IMG/VR virus record: IMGVR_UViG_3300009703_000019
Coordinates: 1 to 60,947 of that record
Strand: one strand, 5' to 3'
Source of the DNA: a virus
Lineage: Duplodnaviria > Caudoviricetes
Length of the DNA: 60,947 nt
The notes under the pieces are model-generated. The model had not been told where the DNA came from and searched no databases. It saw nothing but the letters and a program-made list of their open reading frames with translations. A program made the translations under genes and the position numbers. Within the stretch, counting starts at the first letter, position 1. Every line of letters begins with the position of its first letter. Shown here piece by piece: positions 29,043 to 38,401 of this stretch.

Positions 29043-30239
29043 TCAGTAAACATCATTCCAAGATCCTTTAAGTCCACCTACTTCATATTCTGTTACACGG
29101 TTTTCAAAGAAATTTGTATGATCAGGAGCATTAAGAACCCAATCAAGCCATGGAAGGGGGTTATCCTTTACCTTAAAATTTGGTTTTAATCCGAGTTGAA
29201 GGAGTCTTCTATCTGCAATGTACCTAATATATTTTTTAACTTCTTTTTTCGAAAGATTATCAACTCCAGAGTTATTACCATACGCAAGATCAATGAACTT
29301 ATCCTCAAGTTCAACAGTTTTTCGAAGCATTGAATATATTTCTTTTTTAAATTCGTCTGTCACAACCCTCGGATGTTCCACACAAAATTCTTTGAAGAGT
29401 TGCGACATACCATCAACATGCATAGATTCATCGCGAATAGACCATTCTACAACCTTACACATTCCTTTCATTTTACCCGAGCGTTGGAAATTTAGCAGCA
29501 TTACAAATGATGCAAACAAAGAAATACCCTCTGAGAATACAGATTTAGCTATAGCAGTAGCCAAATTGGAATAATTAGATGTATCATTATCCCTCATAAA
29601 TTTTACTTTATTTTCCATCTCTTTATATTCAAGAAATGCATGAAACTCAGACTCAGGAAGTCCGAGAGTATCATTTAATAGGGCATATGCTCTTTGATGA
29701 ACCCCCTCTCTTGAAGCAAATGAACCAAGCATATTACGAATTTCATTATTCTTTATCTTTGGTATAAAATATTCATAATAATTCTGTCCTACCGCAACAT
29801 CAGATTGTGTAAATAGTCGAAGAACCTGCATGACAAATTCTTTTTCCGACGAATCTAATACATTCTTTTTCCAATCTGATACATCATCAGACAAATCAAT
29901 TTCCTCTTCAATCCAATGGGATTGCTCATGTTTCTTTGTTAATTCAACAGCCCAAGGATATCTGAATGGTTTATAAGTTTCAGATGGAGTGAACATTGTA
30001 ACTTTTTTCTCAAAGAGAAACAACTCCTTAGATTTCATTAACGTATCATAGTTGCCCAGATACTTACCATCTATAACAATTTGTGGTACAGTTCTCTGAC
30101 CGAGTTTCGACCAATTATCAAAATATTCATCTTTCTCGGTTATATCATATATGGAATACCTCACATTATGTTTATCAAACCAGTTTTTCACGCTTACGCA
30201 AAAAGAACAATCTGGTTTTGAATATAATTCAATTTTCAT
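29043..30239 (-). CDS. nrdB: Glutaredoxin-fused ribonucleotide reductase class I beta subunit
   Basis: N-terminal CSFC...TVPQI Grx; FTQSD, EGVHQRAY, SEG..LF.SF, DESMH, NFFE.R.TEY. Confidence 0.93.
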   Translation of the reverse strand: MKIELYSKPDCSFCVSVKNWFDKHNVRYSIYDITEKDEYFDNWSKLGQRTVPQIVIDGKYLGNYDTLMKSKELFLFEKKVTMFTPSETYKPFRYPWAVELTKKHEQSHWIEEEIDLSDDVSDWKKNVLDSSEKEFVMQVLRLFTQSDVAVGQNYYEYFIPKIKNNEIRNMLGSFASREGVHQRAYALLNDTLGLPESEFHAFLEYKEMENKVKFMRDNDTSNYSNLATAIAKSVFSEGISLFASFVMLLNFQRSGKMKGMCKVVEWSIRDESMHVDGMSQLFKEFCVEHPRVVTDEFKKEIYSMLRKTVELEDKFIDLAYGNNSGVDNLSKKEVKKYIRYIADRRLLQLGLKPNFKVKDNPLPWLDWVLNAPDHTNFFENRVTEYEVGGLKGSWNDVY

Positions 30240-30251
30240 TAAAATCCTTAT

Positions 30252-30857
30252 TTAATTTATTAAAGTGGTGTCACCGTATATAATAGAGTTGTGTATTTCT
30301 TCCCAATAATATACTCTATTACCGGGATAATCAGTATTATGAGGATGTGACATTAGAATTCCGGTCAATCCGAGATCTTCTCCTACATCTAGATTTTCTC
30401 CCTTATCTTCTATCCAGTGGAAGTTTTCTCCGGGATATTTTGTAGTAATATCCTTCAAGGCATCACCTTTATCATCCCCTGTGTCGAGTATGGTGTAATC
30501 AATGAACACCTTTCCAAAAAGATTCTCGAGGTTTGAGATTCTTAATTTTTGTGAATATGGATCTAGACTCTGTGAGGTTATAACATGAAACATATAACCT
30601 CTTTCATATAATTTTTTAACGTATTTAACAGAATCCCGCAAAGGATTAAGGTATCCAATTCTAGCAGAATTGTTAAATTCTCGAGAAAGTGCTCTACCCT
30701 CTTTCGATGTTATATTGAATTTTTCTCCAACCTTATAAGCATCGGGATTTACGAGTTTGAGACTTGGGTATCGGGATTTTATAAAATCATAAAACCCCCA
30801 TTCCCAATCAAGCAGAACCCCATCAACATCAACTAATATTAAATTTTCTTTTCTCAT
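30252..30857 (-). CDS. HAD-family 5'(3')-deoxyribonucleotidase-like phosphatase
   Basis: DVDGVLLDW, ITS, WIEDK..N. Confidence 0.8.
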   Translation of the reverse strand: MRKENLILVDVDGVLLDWEWGFYDFIKSRYPSLKLVNPDAYKVGEKFNITSKEGRALSREFNNSARIGYLNPLRDSVKYVKKLYERGYMFHVITSQSLDPYSQKLRISNLENLFGKVFIDYTILDTGDDKGDALKDITTKYPGENFHWIEDKGENLDVGEDLGLTGILMSHPHNTDYPGNRVYYWEEIHNSIIYGDTTLIN

Positions 30858-30863
30858 AATTTT

Positions 30864-31127
30864 TTAATGTAGTATATACTCTTCAGCAATAATTATTCTA
30901 TCTTTGAAATCGTTCATCATGTATTTTGGTTTGGGGACGATAACTTCCTCACCAACCCGAGAATAATCTCTATCCTCTGACCACGAATCCACTAGGACAT
31001 CAATAACATATGAATTTACTCGAACTTCTGTAATTACCCCTATGACATAGAGTTCTTCTCTGGTCGCCATAGGTTCAAAATCATATGCTTTAATAACGGT
31101 CTCAATACCTAACTCATTTACATCCAT
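30864..31127 (-). CDS. Hypothetical early protein
   Basis: First gene after early promoter; likely start MDVNE. Confidence 0.6.
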   Translation of the reverse strand: MDVNELGIETVIKAYDFEPMATREELYVIGVITEVRVNSYVIDVLVDSWSEDRDYSRVGEEVIVPKPKYMMNDFKDRIIIAEEYILH

Positions 31128-31158
31128 AATACACACCTCTTTATCAATTTATATGTAT

Positions 31159-31188
31159 ATTATATAACATTACTTCACGAAAGTAAAC
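31159..31188 (-). promoter_or_regulatory. Early-type promoter GTTTACT-N17-TATAAT
   Basis: Counted 17-nt spacer; ATAAATTGATAAAGAGG leader. Confidence 0.8.
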
Positions 31189-31196
31189 CTTTTCTT

Positions 31197-33395
31197 TCAT
31201 TTATTTTCTAAATATGAAGGAATAGCCAATCGTGCATATAGTGTTATTTTCTTAACAAACTTATCCACAGATATGACCTCTGAGGATAATTTTCTGTCAT
31301 TTGTTATTCTAGCTTCTTCCATTTTTGTTAACGGATCATTCGGATCTTTGGATAAAAACGTTTTTGAAATGATTCTGTTTCTCAGGGATAATGGATATGA
31401 CATCAATTCATTATTATCAGAGAGATCAAATTCACATGCTCTTCTTACAATATTGTGACCCAGATTATCGGATGGTGGAATGTATCTTCTCCCTAGAGGG
31501 AAAATAATTTTACGCAAAATCCCTCTTATAAGGGGATTGGGATAGTTATTTAAAATCTCTTCAAATGAAGTTTGAATTTTAAACAAAGAATTTTGAAGAT
31601 TCCATTCAACTATAGGGGATACAGTCTTACTTTCTTCTTCACCTTCAAATCGTTTTAGAACGGCAGACATGATATACATTTCAGAGAGTATATCTGCAAA
31701 TCTACCAGATATTTTTTGTTTCTTTTTGAGAGATCCACCAAGAATCATGAGAGTTATATCAGAAAGGAGTGCAAAGTTTCTAGATTCCTGACCAAGCCTG
31801 CCATAATACTTCTTGAGAAGTTTTTTGTGTGTGGTGCCGGAAGTCTTTGGTGGTCCCACAAACATTCTATTTAGGAGGTTGTTACCAAATGCTTTAAAAA
31901 TATTAGATAACGTATATTTAATATGACCAAATAATGCTGCTCTAAATTCTTTTTCATTTCCATTGGTTGCCGACTCAATCTCACGACCAAGGAAAGGATG
32001 ACATCGCAGAGCTCCCTGAGAGAAAACGATTAAGGATCGAGTGAGAATATTAGCACCCTCTACCGTAATAGCAATTGGTTGTCCTATATACATATTCAGA
32101 AGGAAATTAGAAGGACCGTCACTTATAGCCTTACCCCCTAAAATATCCATACCATCATTAATACCACTTCTCATTTTTTCTGTCGACTGATATTTTAGAA
32201 GTGCTGATATCACAGAGGGTCTTTGACCGGAATCAATCCCAGCATATGTTAAGTCACAAGCAGCTTCGAGAGCATAAGCATCAGAGAGAATCCGAATCAT
32301 TGGTTCCTCAATACCCTCCATTTTACCAAGAGAAACTTTAAATTGTTTTCTAATACGAGTGTAGGCGGTGGTGACACGAGCAGTATGTTTTAAACCCGCC
32401 ATTGATAGACTCGGTAGGCTTATGGCACGACCTGCAGCAAGACATTGCATCAACATCATCCATCCTTTACCAATACCATTATGTTCACCAATGATATGAT
32501 CAATGGGAATAAACACATCTTCCCCATAATTAGGACCATTCATAAATGCTTGTCGAGCAGGGGAATGTCTTAAACCGATCTCAACACCCTTTGTATTTCT
32601 TGGTACTAAAGCTAGGGTAATCCCTCTGTCATGAGTAGGATCCCATTTTCCTTTGTTAACGTGCTTTAGAGTTTGGTCATGAGACTCCCCATAACTTTTA
32701 AGTAGATTATGTGGATCACGAAGTCTAAATGCTAAACCAATGAGAGTAGCTACTGGACCAAGGGTTATGTACCGCTTATCCCAATTTAATCTAACCCCTA
32801 GAGTTTCTCGACCCTTCCACATTCCCATTTCAACCACACCATCATCCGGGAGAGAACCGGCATCAGAACCAGCGGTGGGACCAGTAAGAGCAAATGCTGG
32901 GATTTCGGCACCTACTGCTAAATCGGGAAGCCATTTCCTTTGTTGTTTTTCAGTTCCAAATTCATGAAGTAATTCTCCCGGTCCAAGCGAGTTAGGCACC
33001 ATAGCTGTGATTGCAAGAGATAATGATCTGGATGCCAGGATTGATATAACTTCACTCTGAGCATATGCGGAAAATTCAAGACCCCCATATTCTTTCTTTA
33101 TATTCAGACCAAAGAATTTATTATCTTTGAGATAAGCCCAAACCTCTTTAGGGAGATCCATTGCCTGATTGATTTCATAATCATTTGTCATTTCACAGAG
33201 TTCTTGAACAGGACCATCAATGAACCTTTGTTCTTCGGGACTGAGTTTAGGAATCTCTATATCTCTTAATATATCCCAATTCGGGTTTCCAGAGAATAAT
33301 TCAGATTCCCACCAAACGGTACCAGCTTCAAGAGCTTCTCTTTCGGTTGAAGACATTTTCGGAAGTATTTTCCGAAATAATTTATGTAGTTTCAT
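31197..33395 (-). CDS. fadE: Acyl-CoA dehydrogenase, FadE-type, lacking N-terminal TM segments
   Basis: LP.MS.TE.EALEAG.VWW..ELFSG.P.W, MVPNSLGPGELL, FALT.P.AGSDA, KRYITL.PVAT, GRAISLP, ITVEGANILTR. Confidence 0.93.
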   Translation of the reverse strand: MKLHKLFRKILPKMSSTEREALEAGTVWWESELFSGNPNWDILRDIEIPKLSPEEQRFIDGPVQELCEMTNDYEINQAMDLPKEVWAYLKDNKFFGLNIKKEYGGLEFSAYAQSEVISILASRSLSLAITAMVPNSLGPGELLHEFGTEKQQRKWLPDLAVGAEIPAFALTGPTAGSDAGSLPDDGVVEMGMWKGRETLGVRLNWDKRYITLGPVATLIGLAFRLRDPHNLLKSYGESHDQTLKHVNKGKWDPTHDRGITLALVPRNTKGVEIGLRHSPARQAFMNGPNYGEDVFIPIDHIIGEHNGIGKGWMMLMQCLAAGRAISLPSLSMAGLKHTARVTTAYTRIRKQFKVSLGKMEGIEEPMIRILSDAYALEAACDLTYAGIDSGQRPSVISALLKYQSTEKMRSGINDGMDILGGKAISDGPSNFLLNMYIGQPIAITVEGANILTRSLIVFSQGALRCHPFLGREIESATNGNEKEFRAALFGHIKYTLSNIFKAFGNNLLNRMFVGPPKTSGTTHKKLLKKYYGRLGQESRNFALLSDITLMILGGSLKKKQKISGRFADILSEMYIMSAVLKRFEGEEESKTVSPIVEWNLQNSLFKIQTSFEEILNNYPNPLIRGILRKIIFPLGRRYIPPSDNLGHNIVRRACEFDLSDNNELMSYPLSLRNRIISKTFLSKDPNDPLTKMEEARITNDRKLSSEVISVDKFVKKITLYARLAIPSYLENK

Positions 33396-33411
33396 ATTCC
33401 TCCTAACGTGC

Positions 33412-33756
33412 TTAATGAAGTTTTTTACGATCTCGGGTTGCTAAGGCATCGGACCAAGACATTGCTAAATTCCTAATTACTTCTGGATAAACTACTTCAT
33501 CATATTCAAGACACATTCCCATTTCGAGATATGCTTTTCTGAGAAGATCTCCATCTCTGTGTTCTGGGAGATCATCCCAATTTTCATAGAGTCTGAATAC
33601 CATTTCATCAAATTCCCCCTGACTCATTATGTTAGGATGATCCTTACGATGAGTTGCTAAGAATGAATATATTATATAATGAGATATATCTTTGGTTAAT
33701 ATATATTCTTCCGATTCCATTTTTTCTATAAATTCTTGCACTCTAGTTTTCTTCAT
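33412..33756 (-). CDS. Hypothetical protein (possible NAD-ligase domain-Ia-like)
   Basis: Y...S.L......IMS..EFD pattern; weak. Confidence 0.45.
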   Translation of the reverse strand: MKKTRVQEFIEKMESEEYILTKDISHYIIYSFLATHRKDHPNIMSQGEFDEMVFRLYENWDDLPEHRDGDLLRKAYLEMGMCLEYDEVVYPEVIRNLAMSWSDALATRDRKKLH

Positions 33757-33757
33757 A

Positions 33758-34183
33758 TTATGACCAAGAATGTCCCTTTTCTATTATAGTTTCCATACCG
33801 TCAGAATCATAGATATAATAATCCGTGCCATTGGGTATTTCTACAACCTTTAACTGAGCACAGAATCCCCACGATTTAGTTCCGAGTTTTTCTACGACAT
33901 CAACCAGTTTTGGATCATGTCTTTCTATTTTCCAAGAACTCCAGAGTTCATCCTCCGTGATGCGAGGTTTTTTCCCCGAGAGATAATCATCACGACTTTT
34001 CATACCAATATATTTTATTGCTTCTTGCGATAAATCAAACCCGCCATAACTAGAATTAATAACTACTTTCATAACCTTATTCCTCGATGTTGATTTACAT
34101 TTTCCACAAACAGTTCCCATACCGTCTATATTTCCATCTTCTACCATAGACTCTGTAATGCGTTTACAAATACAGACGTACAT
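33758..34183 (-). CDS. Bfd-like [2Fe-2S] motif fused in frame to a conserved phage protein
   Basis: MYVCIC...GTVCGKC, then internal Met38 (34072, own RBS) KVVINSSYGGFDLS...RHDPKLV.VVE.LG. Confidence 0.65.
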   Translation of the reverse strand: MYVCICKRITESMVEDGNIDGMGTVCGKCKSTSRNKVMKVVINSSYGGFDLSQEAIKYIGMKSRDDYLSGKKPRITEDELWSSWKIERHDPKLVDVVEKLGTKSWGFCAQLKVVEIPNGTDYYIYDSDGMETIIEKGHSWS

Positions 34184-34198
34184 TTGAATGCCATTCGG

Positions 34199-35962
34199 CT
34201 AACCCTGGCATGACACGCAATCCTCTTGCGAAGCAAACTCTGCTGTCACACCCCCCAATAAATCTTGCCCACTCGGGGTTTCTGCATAATCTTTCATTGT
34301 GTTCTGTTCAATTTTCTCGGACAATACCTCGGTTTTATTTGATGTCTCGGTTCTCAGATAATACAAGGATTTATTACCCTCTTTCCACGCATTATAATGT
34401 ACATCATGAAGATATCCCTTATCTACACCTGCCGGGAAGAATACATTAAGTGACTGAGATTGACAAATATACTTAGCTCTCTGTCCTCCAAGACGCATAA
34501 TAGCATTCTGATCAATCTCTATTGCCGTTTTGAATACATCCTTTTCATGATCGCTTAAAAATTCAAGATGCTGAACCGAACCATTATTCCCAATAATAGA
34601 ATTCCAAATCGGGTCGTTATTTTGTCCCTTTTCTCCCAATAGCATTTCAAGGTATTTATTCTTGATTAAATGCGAACCTGCTCGAGTTCTATGTACAAAG
34701 GCATTTGCTTTAATAGGCTCAACTGATGGCGATGTCCCTGCAATAGAAGATGAATTAGCATTAGGGGCAATTGCTAATAAATTGGCATTACGCCTACCTG
34801 TACCTTCCATATCAGGGCATTCCCCGCGTTCTTCCCCTAATATTTCGGACATAGCTACTGCACGATCTTTGATAAGAGAAAATACTTCTTCATTCAATTC
34901 AGCAGCTGCTTGCGATTCAAAGGGTATAGATTTCTTCATTAATAAATTATGCCACCCCATAGCTCCGATACCAATACTTCTTTCTTGTGATGCAGAATAC
35001 TTAGCTTTAGATATTTCATCTGGAGCATTATCAATAAAGTATTGGAGCACATTATCTAAAAAGCAAGTCAGATCCTGTACCAATAGGGAATCTTTCCATT
35101 CATCATATTTTTCAAGGTTTAATGAACTTAAACAACATACCGCTGTTCTTTCTTCGTTGGTAGGTAAGGTAATTTCAATGCAAAGATTAGAACCACGTGA
35201 GAATAAACCTTTATCCTTTTGTGTTTGAGGATAAGCCTCATTAGCCCTATCAATGAAATAGATATAAGGTTCACCTGTACGATAACGGGTTTCTAGAAGA
35301 GTTTCCCATAACTCACGTGCCTTTACGATTTCAGATACTTTCTGTGTCTTAGGATCAATTAGATTCCACGGTAAGTCTTGTTCAACAGCTTCCATAAACA
35401 CATCGGGTACATTAACCCCATGATGAAGATTTAGACATTTTCTATTAACATCACCAGTAGGTATTCTTAGTGACATGAATTCCATGATATCTGGATGTGA
35501 TATATCCATGTAGGCTGCATATGACCCTTTGCGAGTTACCCCTTGTTTATATGCTGTCATATCGGCATCAACAGTATGAAGGAATGGAATTGGACCTGGC
35601 GCTATATTTGATACAGATCGAACATCGCTCCAATGACCACCAACACCACCGCCTTTAACAGATAACCATCTTAGTTCTGATGTATGATCTATAAGACCTT
35701 CGAGTGTATCGGGTACATATCCAAGAAAACATGATATAGGAAGACCTCGCACTTTCTCATCCTTCTCTGGTGCATTGGATAAAATGGGACTGGAGAACAT
35801 GAACCAGTTATTTATCACATACTTGTAAATTCTCTTAGCGAGGGCCTTGTCTCCTCCCGAGAATGCGTATGATGTTCTTTTGAATGCTTCTTCGGGTTTC
35901 TTTTCATACTCCCTCATGTAATAATCCTTGAGAAGTTTCAGGGATTGTTCACTTAGCTCCAT
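34199..35962 (-). CDS. nrdA: Ribonucleotide reductase class I alpha subunit (no ATP cone)
   Basis: PISCF, GGGVG, SNLCIEI, AVCCLSS, APNANSS, SLYYLR, C-terminal CVSCQG. Confidence 0.95.
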   Translation of the reverse strand: MELSEQSLKLLKDYYMREYEKKPEEAFKRTSYAFSGGDKALAKRIYKYVINNWFMFSSPILSNAPEKDEKVRGLPISCFLGYVPDTLEGLIDHTSELRWLSVKGGGVGGHWSDVRSVSNIAPGPIPFLHTVDADMTAYKQGVTRKGSYAAYMDISHPDIMEFMSLRIPTGDVNRKCLNLHHGVNVPDVFMEAVEQDLPWNLIDPKTQKVSEIVKARELWETLLETRYRTGEPYIYFIDRANEAYPQTQKDKGLFSRGSNLCIEITLPTNEERTAVCCLSSLNLEKYDEWKDSLLVQDLTCFLDNVLQYFIDNAPDEISKAKYSASQERSIGIGAMGWHNLLMKKSIPFESQAAAELNEEVFSLIKDRAVAMSEILGEERGECPDMEGTGRRNANLLAIAPNANSSSIAGTSPSVEPIKANAFVHRTRAGSHLIKNKYLEMLLGEKGQNNDPIWNSIIGNNGSVQHLEFLSDHEKDVFKTAIEIDQNAIMRLGGQRAKYICQSQSLNVFFPAGVDKGYLHDVHYNAWKEGNKSLYYLRTETSNKTEVLSEKIEQNTMKDYAETPSGQDLLGGVTAEFASQEDCVSCQG

Positions 35963-36114
35963 TATTTCCCCCGTCTACGGGATTCCATAACACCTCATCC
36001 TTGAGCTGTTGAAGAGAACTAGAATATTCGAGATCTTTAACTCTAACTTTAAGTTCGTCGTTTTCTCTTTCTAGGTCTTGAAGTTCTTCTTGTTTATTCA
36101 TTTCGTGCTCCATC

Positions 36115-36729
36115 TTATTTAGCGACAGTTAATAAATAATCTTTATATTTATTTTTATCATATTTCGTGAAATATTTTAATAATGAATTATAGTTTTTAA
36201 CCTTATAATTCATAAGCGGCCATAAATAATGTTCCATCTCCTTATCGAATTTTTCTGAAAAATTTACCATTGAATCTAGAATTGTGAGCGTTTCTATTGA
36301 CACATTAGTTTGAAGTACCAAGGGAATTTGATTCTTCTCAATTACAAATAAATCGTTGAACGAATCTGCAGTATCCATTAATCTAGAAATATCATTTTTG
36401 AAATTGTAAAATAGGCTTTCGGTTTTTCCATTCCAAACTTTCAATTTATCTTCAGACATTTCGGATAAATGCATTCTTGTCACATGATTCTTTGATGTTG
36501 ATGCATAAATTATGTTAGATAAGATATATTTGAGATATTCAAGGGGTTTGTATTGATTAGACAATCTCTGAAATAATACTCTATCCTTTCTGTTGATATA
36601 ATGTTCCGATTTATAAAAACATTTATTCTGCTTCAGCATTCTAAGAAAATCAAATTTATCATTACCAAAATGTGCTCTTAGCCCTATGTAGTAATTACAG
36701 GCTATCCATTCATTCCAATTTCCGTTCAT
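36115..36729 (-). CDS. gp59: Helicase loader gp59-like
   Basis: Y..L..HF...KFDF...RKD...F..L, VSIETL.ILD; follows gp33 as in T4. Confidence 0.75.
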   Translation of the reverse strand: MNGNWNEWIACNYYIGLRAHFGNDKFDFLRMLKQNKCFYKSEHYINRKDRVLFQRLSNQYKPLEYLKYILSNIIYASTSKNHVTRMHLSEMSEDKLKVWNGKTESLFYNFKNDISRLMDTADSFNDLFVIEKNQIPLVLQTNVSIETLTILDSMVNFSEKFDKEMEHYLWPLMNYKVKNYNSLLKYFTKYDKNKYKDYLLTVAK

Positions 36730-36941
36730 AATGGTAATTCTGGTTTTTTCTTAACACATCTTAATTTCGACGCTTCGTAATATATTTTCTCCTTTATATT
36801 GGGGGTCAACATTTTAACCACAGATTCAATTTCAATTTCATTTTTTTCTGCATACCAAGTTATAGTATCTATAAGACTTAGTGTATGTTCTTCTGATAGG
36901 TTTTCAATTGTACGAGAAAATTCTTTCGCCGTCTTTAGCAT
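36726..36941 (-). CDS. gp33: Late transcription coactivator gp33
   Basis: FS..IE......LID.I..Y.E.NEIE.ESV.K......KEKI..EA..L......LPL. Confidence 0.8.
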   Translation of the reverse strand: MLKTAKEFSRTIENLSEEHTLSLIDTITWYAEKNEIEIESVVKMLTPNIKEKIYYEASKLRCVKKKPELPL

Positions 36942-36953
36942 TACGCTCTCCTT

Positions 36954-36985
36954 TTCTTCCAGTTCTTCCAGTTCTTCCAGTTCTT
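36954..36985. repeat. Tandem 9-bp repeat (ttcttccag) x3 in the gp33 leader
   Basis: Directly visible between promoter and RBS. Confidence 0.7.
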
Positions 36986-36988
36986 TAC

Positions 36989-37018
36989 ATTATATATTAT
37001 ATTCGGGGAGTTGTAAAC
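36989..37018 (-). promoter_or_regulatory. Early-type promoter GTTTACA-N17-TATAAT (gp33-gp59-nrdA-fadE unit)
   Basis: Counted 17-nt spacer. Confidence 0.8.
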
Positions 37019-37019
37019 T

Positions 37020-37709
37020 CTATTTTCCAACTTTCATTTTAGCTATGAGATACGATTTAATAAACCCAGATCTAACAATGTCATTGAGACCGAATTCTAT
37101 ACATTTAAATTCTTCCATCAAATTTAGAATACTGTGTAGAATAGAAAACCCTTCTGCTTCGGAATTTTTAAGGTCTGTTTGATCAATATCCCCAGCAAAG
37201 ATAATTTTAGAATCTTGTCCAACTCTCGTAATAATAGAATTAAGTTCCCAGAATGTTAAGTTCTGTGATTCATCAACAATTATGATAGAGTTATCAAGGG
37301 TAATACCCCTCAGAAATGATGTGCTCAAAAATTGTATAGTTTCCTGTTCAACAAGTCTATTGTACAGGGAAGAAAATTCCGAATCAGATTGTTGCTTGAA
37401 CATATATTTAACCATATTCTTATATGGAGATTGATATAGCTCGGATTTTTCCTCTATAGTTCCCGGAAGAAAACCGACATCTCTGGTTGGTACAAGAGAA
37501 CGAACTATATATACTTGTTTCTTAGTTTCCAATGCCTCCTTTAGAGCTAGATATAATGTGATAAACGTTTTCCCTGTTCCGGCAGAACCGAAGAGAAAAA
37601 GATTTTTATGTTCTTCATATGCCTTCACAGTTTCTCTTTGTGCATCTGTGATAGGCACTATTTTTATTAAATTTTGTTCCGTGACTGTCATTTTCTTTCT
37701 CGATGCCAA
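37020..37709 (-). CDS. phoH: PhoH-family ATPase
   Basis: GSAGTGKT, GFLPG...EK, FLRG.TLD, IVDE.QN, GD..QTDL, DIVRSG; TTG start. Confidence 0.92.
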   Translation of the reverse strand: MASRKKMTVTEQNLIKIVPITDAQRETVKAYEEHKNLFLFGSAGTGKTFITLYLALKEALETKKQVYIVRSLVPTRDVGFLPGTIEEKSELYQSPYKNMVKYMFKQQSDSEFSSLYNRLVEQETIQFLSTSFLRGITLDNSIIIVDESQNLTFWELNSIITRVGQDSKIIFAGDIDQTDLKNSEAEGFSILHSILNLMEEFKCIEFGLNDIVRSGFIKSYLIAKMKVGK

Positions 37710-37721
37710 TTTAATTATCCT

Positions 37722-37952
37722 TTAGTTAATTTCCATTGTCGCTTTCGGTGACTTCCCTTTAACTTCCCTTAATATATCCTTGAATTCATTTGGTGTATTT
37801 TTTAACGGCGAACCAACCCCGGTAACTATTTTGGGTGATCCTATAATTTGAACATATTCTCCAGAGGCAACCAATTCTTCCATTCTAGATATTGGTAAAA
37901 ATACTTCTGAAGTAATTCCAGTTTTAATTTCTTTTAATGTGTATGTCGGCAT
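37722..37952 (-). CDS. Conserved small T4-like protein (FmdB-like MPTY start)
   Basis: MPTYTL.E..TG...E; usual position upstream of phoH. Confidence 0.6.
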   Translation of the reverse strand: MPTYTLKEIKTGITSEVFLPISRMEELVASGEYVQIIGSPKIVTGVGSPLKNTPNEFKDILREVKGKSPKATMEIN

Positions 37953-38389
37953 TATACTTTACGATATTCTGAGTTCCAATTAAATGCTTCCCTTACCACA
38001 TTATCCGATAATTTATATTCTTTATATAAACCTTTGTCCTTAGCTAATATTAATAGTTCCGCTTCGCTTTCATGAAGAGACTCTAGCAATTCAATAAACA
38101 TTTGCTCTCTCTTTGGTTGCTTAAGTGAGGGGTTACCTCCTTTAACGAAATGGTATAATGTTGATATCTCTGTGAAAAGAAACTTATGCGATCCATCCCC
38201 AAGTTTATAATCCTTTTTATCGTATGGTACATCCCCTTCTGGTAAAAGCCACCTGATACCTGGGTCATAAGAAGACTTCACTAGTGATCTAAGTTCAGGG
38301 GAATCAAATTCTCGGAGAAGTTTAATCTTATTAGCATTAGATCTTTGATTACCAGCTTTCTTTAATATTTCGTGCATTGTGTATTTCAT
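37952..38389 (-). CDS. Conserved hypothetical T4-like protein
   Basis: LPEGDVPY...LYHFVKGG...KREQMFIELLE.LH..EAE. Confidence 0.7.
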   Translation of the reverse strand: MKYTMHEILKKAGNQRSNANKIKLLREFDSPELRSLVKSSYDPGIRWLLPEGDVPYDKKDYKLGDGSHKFLFTEISTLYHFVKGGNPSLKQPKREQMFIELLESLHESEAELLILAKDKGLYKEYKLSDNVVREAFNWNSEYRKV

Positions 38390-38401
38390 TATATTTCCTT
38401 T

